A DNA stretch of 64,000 nucleotides from Phallusia mammillata (lineage: Eukaryota): NCBI GenBank assembly GCA_965637545.1, contig OZ281499.1, positions 20,894,001 to 20,958,000 of the forward strand. The letters are read 5' to 3'. The translations under genes and the position numbers were made by a program. Shown here piece after piece: positions 1 through 12,800 of this stretch. Position 1 is the first letter of the stretch. Every line of letters starts with the position of its first letter. The notes under the pieces were generated by a model. It worked only from the letters and a program-made list of their open reading frames with translations. It did no database searches and was not told where the DNA came from.

Positions 1-146
1 AGGGGAAAATCCTATTCCAACCCATCCGTTTGTATTTCCATGCACCTGTGTGGGCATAACGTTTAAATGAAACCTCTTACCAACGGCGACAAGTTATCAG
101 AAATGTACTTAAACTTCTTGTGACCATCAATGTCTGAAAACTTTAC

Positions 147-305
147 CTCAAATGTGATGTGAGTTTGGTTAAACTTCCAGTACAAGTGAATTTTTCCGTT
201 CGGTTCCAACTGGGCGTTGTGCGTAAAAGTCTCGCTCGGCCCCTGCTGTGATGCTGATATTGAGTTGAGCGAAAACAAAAGCAACAGGCACACTATTGAA
301 CTCAT
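147..305 (-). CDS. First coding exon of a secreted DOMON-domain protein (DBH-like monooxygenase / MOXD1-like); the gene continues off the left edge
   Basis: MSSIVCLLLLFSLNSISA signal peptide followed by FTHNAQLEPNGKIHLYWKFNQTHITFE, a typical DOMON N-terminus. The exon ends at GAG|GTAAAG (donor at 146). Confidence 0.75.
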
Positions 306-3300
306 CGTGTAAAGCTAAAAAGTAACTGACAACTTTTGTACAATGCCACTGTTTAGTTACAATGCAGTCAAAAGCATTGTGGTCAAACTACAAACAATTA
401 CAACTTCCTTCATTGAAAGTTGACAACGTTCTGTGCCTCAAAATACAAATTCGAATTGATTTTTCCAAACTGGAACACCTTTTCAGCAAAGGCAATTCTA
501 CACTTGACTGGTAACTAATGTAAACTATTCAACACAAAATGACTATTTTTGAAGGCTGCAATAGTTACGACTTTATGACCGTTAATGTTGTTGAAAATAG
601 TTTCTCCTAACATTGTTAATGTACAAAACTAATTTAAGACCCCTTTCAAAAAACTATAAATGCGTATCTCAAAGCTGATCTTCAAGTAATAGAATGGGCC
701 AGTTTCTTTTCGGAATTTCACTTTACGATCACTAAACCGTATAGTTCTACATTACATCTTCCCTAATAATGCAAATTCATTGTCTGTTTTCAACAAAACT
801 TATTATTTTGCTTATCGCCGCTTTAAGGCATGCTTTCGCAGCAATGAACTGCCGGAAATGGACTTTAACGTTTTCATGTATGACGTAACTAGATGGCGCA
901 GAAAAACATGACATGATCTTTTCAATTTGGTTTCAGCCTTGATTGCAACATTGTCATAAGGAATAAGGGCAAATCTGAAACAACTAGATTACTGCAAAAT
1001 AAGTAAAACTGTAACTGTACATACAATATAAAAATTATACAATATACATTATACCTGTAAATGTTTTTTCCGAAACTTGAAAAGGGTTAAACCAGTAATT
1101 CTCAACGGGGGCTATAGCGCGCAGGTAACACTAAACAAAACGACAAGTTTTTTTTGTTATATCTCTCCAGCGACCAGTAAAAGTAAATTTGACTAAGTAT
1201 TGACTGTGTCAGGTACTTTGTTTTGCTACGTGGTTTCAAAGATGATACAACACACTGCTTTTTGTACAAACCACATGCGTTAATTGTCGGTCAATATTTG
1301 CAGGTAGTAATTGAGTTGTACTTAGCAGAATCGAGTCAGAACCCATTTATACGGTGTTTTTTAATTATTATTAGGTCCATTTTCTTGTTTAAGAGGTCCC
1401 TTCAAAAGAGTTGTAGAGTCCCTTCTACATAGCATATCAGGCAAGCCGACGCTAAGAGAAATAAACAGCAACTAATTGAAAACTCTTTTGAATGAGCGTG
1501 TTCCCACTTATCGAGAATTTTAAAAACATTCACTTTTATTCTTTGGGACCAAACTTTCTTAAGTCACCAGTGAACAAATCACACGTTTAATTGTGATGTC
1601 AACAAACCCGTTTGTGACTTGCCTCTTAAACTATTGTGTAATAAGCAACTAATCAATTCATACTGTAGTTTTGCAGTGTCTGACGCTCGGCTTAGATACT
1701 GCAACCGAGCACCGCGCATCAAATCGCATCTTGCTCGGTACCGAGTACCCGGGCACGGTGTGTGGCCGTCACAATGCATTGAACGTGCTCGACCGAACAC
1801 CGAACGTTAATGTAAGATGCTCGGTGCTCGATCAAACAAAACAATTGCAGTTTTGGCCCATCATCGGGTACCAAGTTAAAAGCAATGAGCACTGTCTGCA
1901 GTGGTATCGTGTTAATTAACCATTAGCATGTTATAATTTTAAGTGCTAAAATATAGCTTAAACATTCGGCTCTCAATTATCGCATTAATAGTGTACGTGA
2001 AATAAAATAGTTTTGATTTTTGTCAGTTTTGAGTGGGCGTTTATAAATTATGTTGGCCTAAAAGGGGCGGTACAGGGAAAAAAAGTTAAAACACACGTGG
2101 TTAAACAATATAAAAAGATTGATGCCTTGTGCACCATCAGCAACTTACTTATCATTTATTGGCGTGATGATTTCAGAAATTCTACTGTCTTTTGTCATTT
2201 TGCAGTGATTGGCGACCAACCTTACTTTCTGCAATAGTTTTACGAAAACGTTTTGCATGTATTTGAAAATTACCCGATTTATTCAATGCGTTTAGAAAAA
2301 GGAACTTTTTTATCAAATTGTGCACTGGATGAAATTCTTTGTCAATAATATGAGAAGTCAAAACAAGAGCTTTTGAACCCTGTCATAAAATGTCCACATA
2401 ATGTGTAAAAATGTTTGTGTTATGATGCTTTTGTGTACATTTTTTAAGCAGGTGACTGTGTTCCAATTTGCTGTAATGTGATCAGAAAGCAAGTCCCAAA
2501 TCAAGTGCTGTCGCATAATAGTAATGTGTACAAAAAGTTGATTGTGTAGTTTCAGGGAACATCCTATGCCCGCGGGCACCCAGTCGCCCCTTGGATCCTT
2601 ATTATTCGCCCGTGGAACTTCCAAAACTGCAAGTTGCCCCTGCAGTTTGCCAAAAAAATGCTGCATCTCATGTAGATTCTATTTATTTATTTACCAGGCA
2701 CGGATAATCTGTTCTTGATAATTATCAGTTTTAAATATGTTATAAAAACGTTGTTTTTGTACTCTTCCATAGATTTTGTAACATATTTATGCTTTTGTCT
2801 TGAACTAGTAGCCCTCATGCCATTTTGTGCTCGGCTTTGAAAAGGTTTGTGACCGGTGGTATAGCTAAATCAATATGCACCACTAAAGCCACCACTAAAG
2901 AAAAATCCAAACAAAAAACAAACAACTCTTTGGGGCGTTTGCAAAATGTACAAAAATTAAAAATACAAAGCGCATTAGTGTTGTGATGTTGTGCACAGAA
3001 CCAGTTTTGCCGTTTGGCGACAACGAGCGGTGAACATATTTCATTTACTTTTGACACGTGGTACCATTATAACAAATTACACGCGTCATAACGTGGCCAG
3101 TCTGTGTGCAAGCTTTAGTGGTGTGCTAAACAAAACTACATAACGTTTGCGAGATTTAATAATTAATCCAAAGGCCTATATCTGGAAAGCAACTGGGCTA
3201 TACCAGCCTTTGCCGCCAACTTCTTGTCAACAGCTGCAGGGATGAGACTTAACAGATCAAAACATTGTAGCTTCTCTGCAGCAAACATAATCCTGTTATT

Positions 3301-3692
3301 AATATCGCTACGTATAGTTGTAATACTCAATTTTAACAAAACATCTGGTTTCTGCAATTGATCCAGTGGCTTGAAGTCACAACTACCCACCTCAGGAAAA
3401 TTAAATAGTACTTTTATTTAGGTTTTAAACAAACACAAACCAAATATACAGTATAAAATATATAAATATACAGTGCAAATGAATATACAGTATAAAATCG
3501 TTCTTCCAGACACTGTTAGATGGAGGTTTGATTCGAACTACTAGGATTGGGTTGTTAAGAAAGCAACATCTGAACGTAATTTAAGGCCAAGTTTAGGTAA
3601 CAATTTTAAATTTAGGGCAAATATATGTGATTGAGTTTTACATGCGCAACAGGCGTTTGTCGCATCGTTAATAAATTACCATATACCTGTTT

Positions 3693-4049
3693 CAGAGTTG
3701 TAAGTCGGGCCGGGTTCGGGCTTTGGTTTCTTTAAAAAGAAAGGGCCTGATTCGGGTCTGACTTTACACTCCGTGTCAGTATTTTTTTGTTAAATTTAAC
3801 TAGATAAGTAGCTAGTTGCTGGACCTGTCCTAATTTTAAACAGCCCTAAAACGCCTTGTTCAATACCAATTGTTTATTGTGTTTGTTGTCTTGGTCTTTC
3901 GTTAGGCTTTAATGTATGGACCTGTCAATCACATTTTCGGGCCGTAATGGACTTCTCAAATATAAATCGGGTACGGGTCAGATTTCGGGCTTGTACTTTC
4001 AGGTCCAGGCCGGGTTTGGGCTCCAGTTTCAGGTCCGTTTACAACTGTG
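3693..4049. mobile_element. hAT-type MITE
   Basis: TIRs CAGAGTTGTAA / TTACAACTGTG. 8-bp TSD ACCTGTTT / ACCCGTTT (7/8). A related fragment lies near 53866-53930. Confidence 0.7.
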
Positions 4050-4189
4050 ACCCGTTTGTCGACAAAGCGAGTATTATAAAACGCAATCAAAACGATAGGA
4101 GTCTTGCGTAATTTCAACCTTTTAGCCTAGGAGGGTTTAGTAGTACGGATGGTAACAAAAAGTCTCAAGTTGAATTTTCTTTTTTTTTA

Positions 4190-5405
4190 ATTGGACCAAT
4201 CTATCATAAATTATTTAGTCGTGAAGTTAAAATCAATACTAAATCTGCACAATACATTAATAAGATTTAGGAAAAGTTTTTTTTTTTACATAAGTAAACA
4301 GACAATACCTTGTAGGCACATTTGAATTAGATTTGACTAAGATGGTACAGAGTAGACAATTTGTATTTCCTAGCTTGACAGAAACAACACCTACGCATAA
4401 CATTCTAATTTGGTGAGTTTGTCACAAGGACAGTGTCACAGTTTCTAATAGAATGCTTAAAAAGGGACAAGATCCATTAAATGATGAGAAACACTGGTCT
4501 AGTGTATTACATGTTTCGTGGAAAAGCGTTTTTCAGGTGTGTGACGTGTTCTGTAGTGCAGTTAGCGGTCGATGTTTATGGGTTTTTTTATCCATTACCT
4601 GCCAGTTTTCGTTCGGGTTGTGTGTTGTTGTGCTTCCACTGTAGAGTCGTTGATGGTACGGTGTAGGGTTTCTTAAAATTGGCACTCTGGCTTACCTCGG
4701 GATTCCGGGACAAAAACAACGTCTATCCCGGGATTTTTCTAACATAAAACAATACACAAACTGTGTACTGAAGGAAAAACATTTTTTTTAAATCGTAAAA
4801 GTTGACGCGATTTTACTTACGGCGTAGTTAAAATTACTTTGCGGTACCTTATTATGCAGAAAAGGCGTGTTTTGCGCTTCAAAATTGTTTTAGTGAATAG
4901 TTGGGAATTTTTTGTAATAATCGGTAAATCGAATAGATGCGACAAATCGAATATTCGGTACATCACTGTTTCAAACCAATCGATGTGAAGAACTTCAGAA
5001 CGTCTGTAACTGCAAAACTTTGATGGAAAAACACAACTTTTTCAAGTACCAGACTACGATTGGTAAAAAGATGTAGTTTGTGCCACTCCCGGGATTTACT
5101 CTTGTCTCGGATTTTTTTTACAGTGAAACTGACTGGGATTTAGTGAAAGCAACTCTAGTACAGTGTATAGATGTGCGTAAAACCTCTTGACCATTTTGTT
5201 TTATCCGTGGTGACATACGTTTCGTAAACATACCGAAGCTGAAGGGAGTATGTGAAAAACGCTTAATGTTTTATACGTTTTATTCTGAAATTGGCGAGAC
5301 CTGCTAAAATGGGCAAGCCCGCTGGTTCACTGATTCATTTGCAGAAAATATAGATCAAACGTTTCATCCACCGAGTTAAATCATGAACAAACTTTTTACT
5401 CAACT
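4190..5405. repeat. Copy 1 of a ~1.1-1.2 kb local direct duplication
   Basis: Collinear, roughly 80% similar by eye to 6500-7565 (e.g. AATCTGCACAATACATT, GACAATTTGTATTT, GGCGAGACCTGCT shared). Confidence 0.85.
4664..5157. mobile_element. hAT-type MITE nested in the duplication
   Basis: TAGGGTTT...AACTCTA termini with subterminal CCCGGGA motifs. TSD GTACGGTG / GTACAGTG. A second copy lies at 6996-7414 at the same position in the duplicate. Confidence 0.65.
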
Positions 5406-6499
5406 GGTTTGACAAATACTTGTTAAAAGAACTTGTCATTTTACTGACGTTAAAACAGGTAAAACGGTAAAATTGCACATCTGAACAAAGTAGATCTCAA
5501 TTTTCGGGGTTAAATCGTCGTGGATTATAATAAAACTTGCAGGAAATGCAAATAAGGGTCATACATGTATGACGTCACATGTTAACTTACATATATGACG
5601 TCACAAGTCAACTTATTTTGAAACGACCTGCTGAACAACTTGAAACCAATATTTATGTTGAAAAATGTTTTAAAATAGTGTTTATTTTAAATACAGACAA
5701 AATGACGTCATTTCCTAGATGATGATGTCGTCCAATTTTTTAGGCTTTTGGAAAATTTCATACTTACCAACTTTCCCACAGAAAATTATGCGCTGTATCT
5801 AACCGATTTTGCCAGAAACTTTATAGAGTAGGGCCATGACTAAACGCAGGATTTTAAGAACAAGAATTCAGCAGTTATAGAAATGGTTTAAACTTTGGTG
5901 GCAATACAATATTTACTCTGATTATGACAAGACGTTGGAACTGTTCACGCAGAAAACAACACGCCAAAAGCTTTCGTTCAAGTAAATTGCGATGCAGGAT
6001 TCAGTGACTGGCTTCGACAAATATCCAAACACAATAAACTTTTCAGCTAGGGCATTTGTAACAGCGTAATTTCGCATCACTCTATCTGCATAGAGTTGTT
6101 GAGGAAGCAATATTTCAAAGTGATTCAAAACTAGGTTTAGGCGACAATTTTTAACTAAGGGAAAATAAAAGTTGTTTAGTCTTGCATGTGCCACATACGT
6201 GTGTCGCATCGCTATCAAAGGCGATGACAAAAGCGATAACAACGCAACCAACACCATAGTAAAATTGCGTCAACCTTTTAGTCTGGGACGGTTTAGTATT
6301 ACAGATGATAACAAAATTCTCAATGTCGCGTGGGACATGTATCGCGAAGGAGAGACCAGTTCGTACTTGTGTCGCGTTTCAAAATCTCAAGCATATAGTT
6401 TAGTTCCTCTTGAGATTTTGTAGGCAATGCTATGGTGCTTTTAACAGCAATGTTCTCGAGCCAATATAAAGTTAACTTTTTGTCATTTGCTGCACTTTA

Positions 6500-7565
6500 A
6501 ATTGGGCGAATCTATCGTAAATTGTTTAGTCGTAAACTTAAAATGAACACTAAATCTGCACAATACATTTAATAAAATTTAGGGAAGTTATATAAAAATT
6601 AGTAAGCAAACAATCACTTGTTGGTAAATTTGAATCAGATTAGTCTAATATTATACAGAGTAGACAATTTGTATTTTTAACCTAAATAAAAATAATTCAA
6701 ACATATTTGACATTTTAATTTAGTGAGTTGGTTATCAAAATTTTTTGGGGAACAAGGACGATGTCACCCTTTGTAAGGAATAAAAGAAAGGGCTACGATC
6801 TATGAAATGACGAGAAACACTGGTAGTGTATTATATGTTTCAGTGAAAAGCGTTTATTAAGATGTGGGAGATGTTCTGTGGTGCAGTTATCGGTTGGTGT
6901 TTGCACAATTCCTTTTATCCATTAGCGTCGAGTTTTTGATCGGGTTACCTGGTGCTGTGTTCTGTTTCCATTGTAGAATCGTTTATGGTACGGTGTAGGG
7001 TTTCTAATAATTGGCACTCTGGGAAATCCCGGGAATCCGGGACAAAAACAATGTTTATCCCGGAATTTTTCTAACATAAAAAATACACAAACTGTGTTTT
7101 GAAGAAAAAACAATATCTTCTTAAACATCGTAATAGTTGACGCGATTTTAGTCACTGTGTAGATTTAAATATCCTGCAGTACCTCATTATGCGAAAAGGT
7201 TTTGCGCTTTAAATTTGTTTTCGCAAAAGATTCGGAAGTTTTTGTTATAAAAAAACTGCTGGAAAACGACAACATTTAAAGTTATAGGCTACAATTAGTA
7301 AAAAAGGTAGTTTTTGCTACTTCATTTAAAGAGATGGCGTTTAGCAAGATCCCGGGATTGCCCGGGACAAATTTTTACACTGAAAATGACCGGGAATCCG
7401 CGAAAGAAACTCTAATATGGTGCATATATGTTTTATACGTTTCATTCTGCAAATGGCGAGACCTGCTGAGATGGGCAAGTCCGTTTGTTCAGTGATTCAT
7501 TTGCAGAAAATACTCATCAAACGTTTTGTCCACCGGTTAAATATTGAACAAGTTTTTGCTCAACC
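6500..7565. repeat. Copy 2 of the local direct duplication (contains MITE 6996-7414)
   Basis: See 4190-5405. Confidence 0.85.
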
Positions 7566-8093
7566 ATTATTTTAAAGAACTTTTTGCTGACGTTTCGCTC
7601 ACCAGACCATATGGGGCAGAACATGTAAATCGGTTGGTGTCTTCAGTATATTATTGTTTTTTGACAAATATGTCAAATTTTACAACGTAAAAACTGTGAG
7701 TGAGTTGATGTGGAGTTTATTTTTCTGGTTGAGGACAAAAGTATGTTAGCATGCAAAATGGGTCGTCGCTCTTACAGCTTTTGTAATGTGCTAAGAAGTA
7801 TCGTTACACAATGATAAAACAGAATGCAGTTTTTAAAAAACGCATTGAATGCTCAGACCATGCAGTGAATGTCCGATTGCAAGCTTGGTGTGACTTTGAA
7901 CGTAGTCATTACACTGTCTGTAGAAATATACTTGCGAAAAGCAAAAATAAAAAAGAAGATTTAGACTAGTTCACAACGAGAACGAAAGGATAGGACAAAT
8001 GTTTTAGTTATCTACTCTAAACATTAAACATTGATTTATTGCAGATTTTTCTTAAATAACAAACTTTGCTACAATTGTTCTGTTACTGTTTGC

Positions 8094-11000
8094 ATGATGT
8101 CAGGACAAGACGAAACGAGTAAAGGTAAGGTATTTAGCTGGCGAAAATTATAATCAAATGGAATAAGCCTGTTTCCCTTTTAGTACATTGACCTTGTTTG
8201 TTTTGCCAATTCTTCCAATTAACTGTTCAAGCGGTTTTCAGAGCTGCAGATAGCTTCTGTCGATAATGAAAAGAAAATTGTCTTTAACGAAGACGTCATT
8301 AATCAACTGTTTAACAATGACGAAGTAAAAAATGCTCAAATCTGCATTTACTCCATTGTTGGTGCATTGAGAAAAGGAAAATCATTTTTCATGTCGCTTA
8401 TGGTTCAGTATCTAGAGTACAAGTCCAAAAATCAGGTTTGTCGTGACAAATAAACTTACGCTTGGGGTATAATCAATTTTCTAAAAAATATACTTAATCC
8501 GTTGGCCCTGTTGAATGTCAGACTTTAACGGCTCTATATTAAATTCATTTAACATGACCCACAATATATTTAATTTAAAAAAAAAACTGTGCGACACAAG
8601 CAAAAGAGCGAAAAAAAGTAAAACGACCTAAACATCACAACATAAGGGAAATGTGTCTATTGAAAATTAGGTGTGTAAAACGGATTGGAGAAAAAACACT
8701 GCCTCTGATTTGAGCAAAGGATTTAAGTGGAAACATGGATCGAAAGCGCACACTAAAGGGATTGTTGTTTGGAGTAAAACTTTTTGGTTGGAAATAGCTG
8801 CTCGAAAAGTATATGATGTGTTAAGTTTGTACACTTGTAAATAATTCAACTTAAACAACAATTTAATGCAGGTTGCAGTTTTCCTTATGGACACTCAGGG
8901 ACTGTTTGATCAAGATGGTTGTGAGTCTATTGATATGCAACTTTTTACTTTGAGCACTTATCTGAGTTCGTACCAAATTTACAACTTGAGCGGTTATATT
9001 AACACAGCACACTTGGAAAAGTTTAAGGTAGTCTAAAATAAATCGACGAAACAAGTTTAATAGTCAAACCGTTTTTATTTTTAATCTGTGCAGATGTTTT
9101 GTGATTTTTCCGAACAAGTCACCGACAAATCATGCCAGGTACAAAGATTTTTTTTTCAAATAAAATAATGCTTTGATGATCTGCTCTATTATTCAGTCAC
9201 TTCTATTCCTTATCCGGGACTGGCAGAATATGGACTACGAATTCGGCCATGATGGTGGAAAGGAATATCTGACAAACTTGAGACAAGGCGCAACGTCACC
9301 CACGGTCTTTGCTCTACATCGCAAAATCAAAGAATCATTTGAGGTAGTTGATTGCGTTCTGATGCCACATCCTGGAAAAAAACTTACCCAACGCAAATCC
9401 GGTGAATCTACAACAACCATTGGTGGTATGTAAAGAAAATTTATGTTTTGGCAATTCCGCTAAAAATATTTACGCAATCAAAAACACAAAATAGATGAAG
9501 GAGAATACAAAATATCAAAGCATTTCATTGTGTCAACAGCTAATTATCGGCTTGACAAAAAACAGTCGATTTACAGCAATCATCATACAGCTGAAACATT
9601 AAAATCAAAACAAATAGGAGCGATAAAATGCTAAACGTAATTTTCCTGTTTCGTTGAGTCAGACATCGACGAGGATTTTCTGGAAGCTGGTGACAAGGTG
9701 CTTGAGAAGATGTTTTCCAACCCAGTAGTGAAAAAAATAGGAGATACACCAGTGGAAGGGGTAACCATTGCTGGTTTGACTTACGAAATCGCAGACCTTT
9801 TGCAAAAACATCAGTTGAATGAAAACGACATGCACAAGGTTGAAAATCACGTAAAACACGTCAAAATTATTTTTCGATTTAAGTATTTTTAAACGTTTTA
9901 GGCTTACGTGCAAGCTTACCTGAGACAAATTACAATTTGCTGCGAGGAAGAGTTTTTTGACTTTATTGAGGTCAGTGCTGCACGGAACCTGCCTGCGACA
10001 CTGTTTTAAGAAACTTTGTTTTTACGTTTACAGGAAGAAAAGAAACAGTATAAATCCAAACGTGAGCTCAAAGATGTTCATGACAAAGCTGTTGAAAAGG
10101 CAATGCAGACTTTTGAAAGCAAGAAAAAGGACGGAAATCCCAAGGAAATCCAGAAACACCATGACAATCTATTAAAGTCTTTGATTGACCGTGATTTCAT
10201 GTTATATTGCTATAACGACTACTTGCAGGTATAGCCACAACTAAAATATTAACAGTATTGTTGTTTTAACGTTTATAGTGACCAAATTTCAGGCTGGAAT
10301 AGAAGAACTTTATGGACAAATGATGGAGACCTGTGTGGACAGTATTCAGATATGATGGCATAAATATTTGTCTAAAGACAGTAAAGCGTGGCACGTTATA
10401 GGTGTACCTAAGCTGTTATGTTCCACAAGAACGGGTTATACATTACACAGTGCTCCGAAATTCTCATTTGCTTGTTACATGTCTATTTTCTTGGTAAATG
10501 GAAATGTAATATTTGCTACAGAGAAACGTGGATACAGACGTTACTGATATTCACAAAGAGGAAGCTTTAAATATGTTTCAACAAAAAACTGAGAAAAATC
10601 CACTTGATGCTGACATTCGAGATGAATACATGAAAACACTCGCCAATGTGCTTAAAAACAAAACAAACATAGACGACATCAAAAAAGATTTAAAACAGGT
10701 CAGTCTGTTAAACAAGAAGAGACTGTATGGAGTATACTGCAGGGGTTGGGAACCTTTGACTAGCAACCCAGATGTTGCTCTTTTTGTGAAATCGTCTGGT
10801 TCTCTGAGAAATCTTAATTTTATTTTTGACAGTATTAGTAATATATTTTAATGTGTTGGATTTTAAGGAAAACATGTTCTTAAAACAAATAATAAATTGG
10901 ATTTTAACAATTACACTGTGTTGTATTCTAAGTGAGTACATGACTCTTACTAAAATACATTTAAATATATCTGACTTTATTGACTTCTTTAACTAAAAGG

Positions 11001-11333
11001 TCCCCGATTTTAGGTATAATTGTATTTTATAAAAATAGGGTCACATACTTGGTATACACGCAACATTGGCTAATTTGTTTTTTTTCTGTTGCTAAAAAAA
11101 CAAACATTGGTATCTTGTTATAATTTGCGCGTGACAGTTTTTGTTTACGTTTTAAGGAAACCCTTAATCAAAAGGAGAAGAAAGCCCAAAATGCGGTGTT
11201 GTGGCAAATATGCAAAGAAATGCATCAAGTTAGTAAAAGATTTGAGCTCGAGCATATGTTAGCACCATATTTAAACGTGTTTGTGGTTTTTCAGCTGTTA
11301 CGTGGTCGAAAGCTTATTTGTATTGTTTTGTAA
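8094..11333 (+). CDS. Atlastin/GBP-superfamily large GTPase (atlastin-like G domain, helical region, C-terminal CaaX)
   Basis: Exons 8094-8124, 8242-8435, 8671-8808, 8872-9027, 9094-9138, 9197-9427, 9663-9838, 9902-9970, 10034-10228, (10293-10380 uncertain), 10522-10698, 11157-11228, 11295-11333. G1 GALRKGKS, GFKW..GS..HTKGI (G2 Thr), G3 DTQG, G4 LIRDW and LMPHPG match atlastin motifs. The protein ends LLRGRKLICIVL*. Confidence 0.85.
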
Positions 11334-12219
11334 ATAGAACAAAAATTAGGAAAAAAAAACTTGCATTTTTTTCTGAAAGCAAAAGTTGGATTTTTAGGAC
11401 TTTTTGTAAACAGCTTAAATTGAGAAACGGGGTATGCAATGACACCGGGTTAACCGCCGCAATAAATTATAAGCGGTTATTTAAGTTAAACAGCTTTATT
11501 TGATTTAAAAACAAGTAATATGCACTGGTGCAACTTTTTGCAAGATGTCTGCTAACTGCTGGGAACGTAATTGTCACCGACTTGTTCTGACTGACCAAGA
11601 ATTGGGTCTAGAAATTTCGGTCGGCGATGTTACCTTCGCCAAATAATCCAAGTCCTTGCAATCAGATATATTTCCCGATACTGTCTTCACGATGCCGTAA
11701 GCGTTTCGTATCCATACATAGCTGCTACGTCACAAGCATTCTTAACAACAACAAAGTATTCTATAAAACAAGCTTTCGTTGGCACTTAAAACTAGGCAAA
11801 CTAAGATATATTTTTCCGTAAAAGTGAGTTTTTGGGCATTTTCGAAAGATAGTGGAACATTTTTAGCCAACAACGAAATAGTGACTGGGTCAGATGCAAG
11901 AATGAAAATCTTTCGAAACCTGGTTTTCTGTTTACGACAACGGGACTACAAATTACAGAGCAGTAGGTGTTAATTCAGTCGCATTCTCAACAAGATAGTT
12001 TTTGTAAGGTGCACATAACCATTTTTTGTTGTTGTTTGTACAGATTAGCCTAACACTTGACAGCACGTAGAACTTGTATGGATACACACATTTTTGCCAA
12101 TCATTTGTAAAATCTTAAAAGTAAATAAAAGCATAAAAAACGTTAGGCAACCGTTTCTTGGCAACATTCAGATATACTATAACCAATTATTGCTCATCCA
12201 GCAGTTTTTATTGTAAACA

Positions 12220-12261
12220 ATCGACGTTTCGACGTCCTATACAGGACGCCTTCATCACGAT
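12220..12261 (-). ncRNA. Penelope-type minimal hammerhead ribozyme motif (core C3->G variant)
   Basis: Minus strand: ATC GTGATGA A GGCGTCCT GTAT AGGACGTC GAAACGTC GAT. 8-bp stem II, palindromic ACGT stem III, 3-bp stem I, followed by AATAAAA. Confidence 0.55.
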
Positions 12262-12699
12262 AATGACATAACTTGCGGGACAAAATTCTTATAAAGCGAC
12301 AAAACACACAAAAAAACAGCAATAAGAAGATCCCGCGGCTTTTAATTCAGATATACTACCACAGGTATTGGTTGACAAAGCGGCTTCAAACATTTCTGGA
12401 CGGTATGCAAGCGCAACCATTGCTCTAACAGTGCACATTAAATGTGTAAACAAATTAACAGTTTTGTGTTTGTGAAATCATGCTAATTTTATTTTCTTCA
12501 AATTTGTGGGTCTGGTTTCAAAAATGTTGACTTAAAACCACAAAAGTCCAAGATACCAAAAATACATTATCTGTTGTTTTAGCAAAAAACAGTTAGGTAT
12601 TCTATTAGGTTTATTGTTCATTAAGAGACACATATGGCGGGTAAAACTTGTAAAGTATGGTTACCGCTAGGTAGCGCGGTTAGAGAAAAGAGGCATATT

Positions 12700-12800
12700 T
12701 TTAACTTGGCCGAACGGTCTGGCGCGCCTGACCCCTATGCAGACACAAAAAAACTTGATCGGGATTCGTCCCCGGGAATGTCCTGGGTTCAAACCCCGTG
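12700..12800 (+). mobile_element. tRNA-derived SINE head remnant
   Basis: A-box-like TGGCCGAACGG (12707) and B-box GGTTCAAACC (12785). No complete cloverleaf. Confidence 0.35.

Noticed and set aside
1660-1910. GC-rich patch with CTCGG/CCGAG motifs and three overlapping short ORFs
   Set aside because: Probably a decayed MITE, but TIRs and TSD could not be defined and the ORFs have no homology signal.
10353-11520. Selenocysteine or readthrough interpretation of the in-frame TGA
   Set aside because: The ATGA at ~11439 is not followed by a SECIS-type helix with a closing GA quartet, and the stop lacks the CUAG readthrough context.
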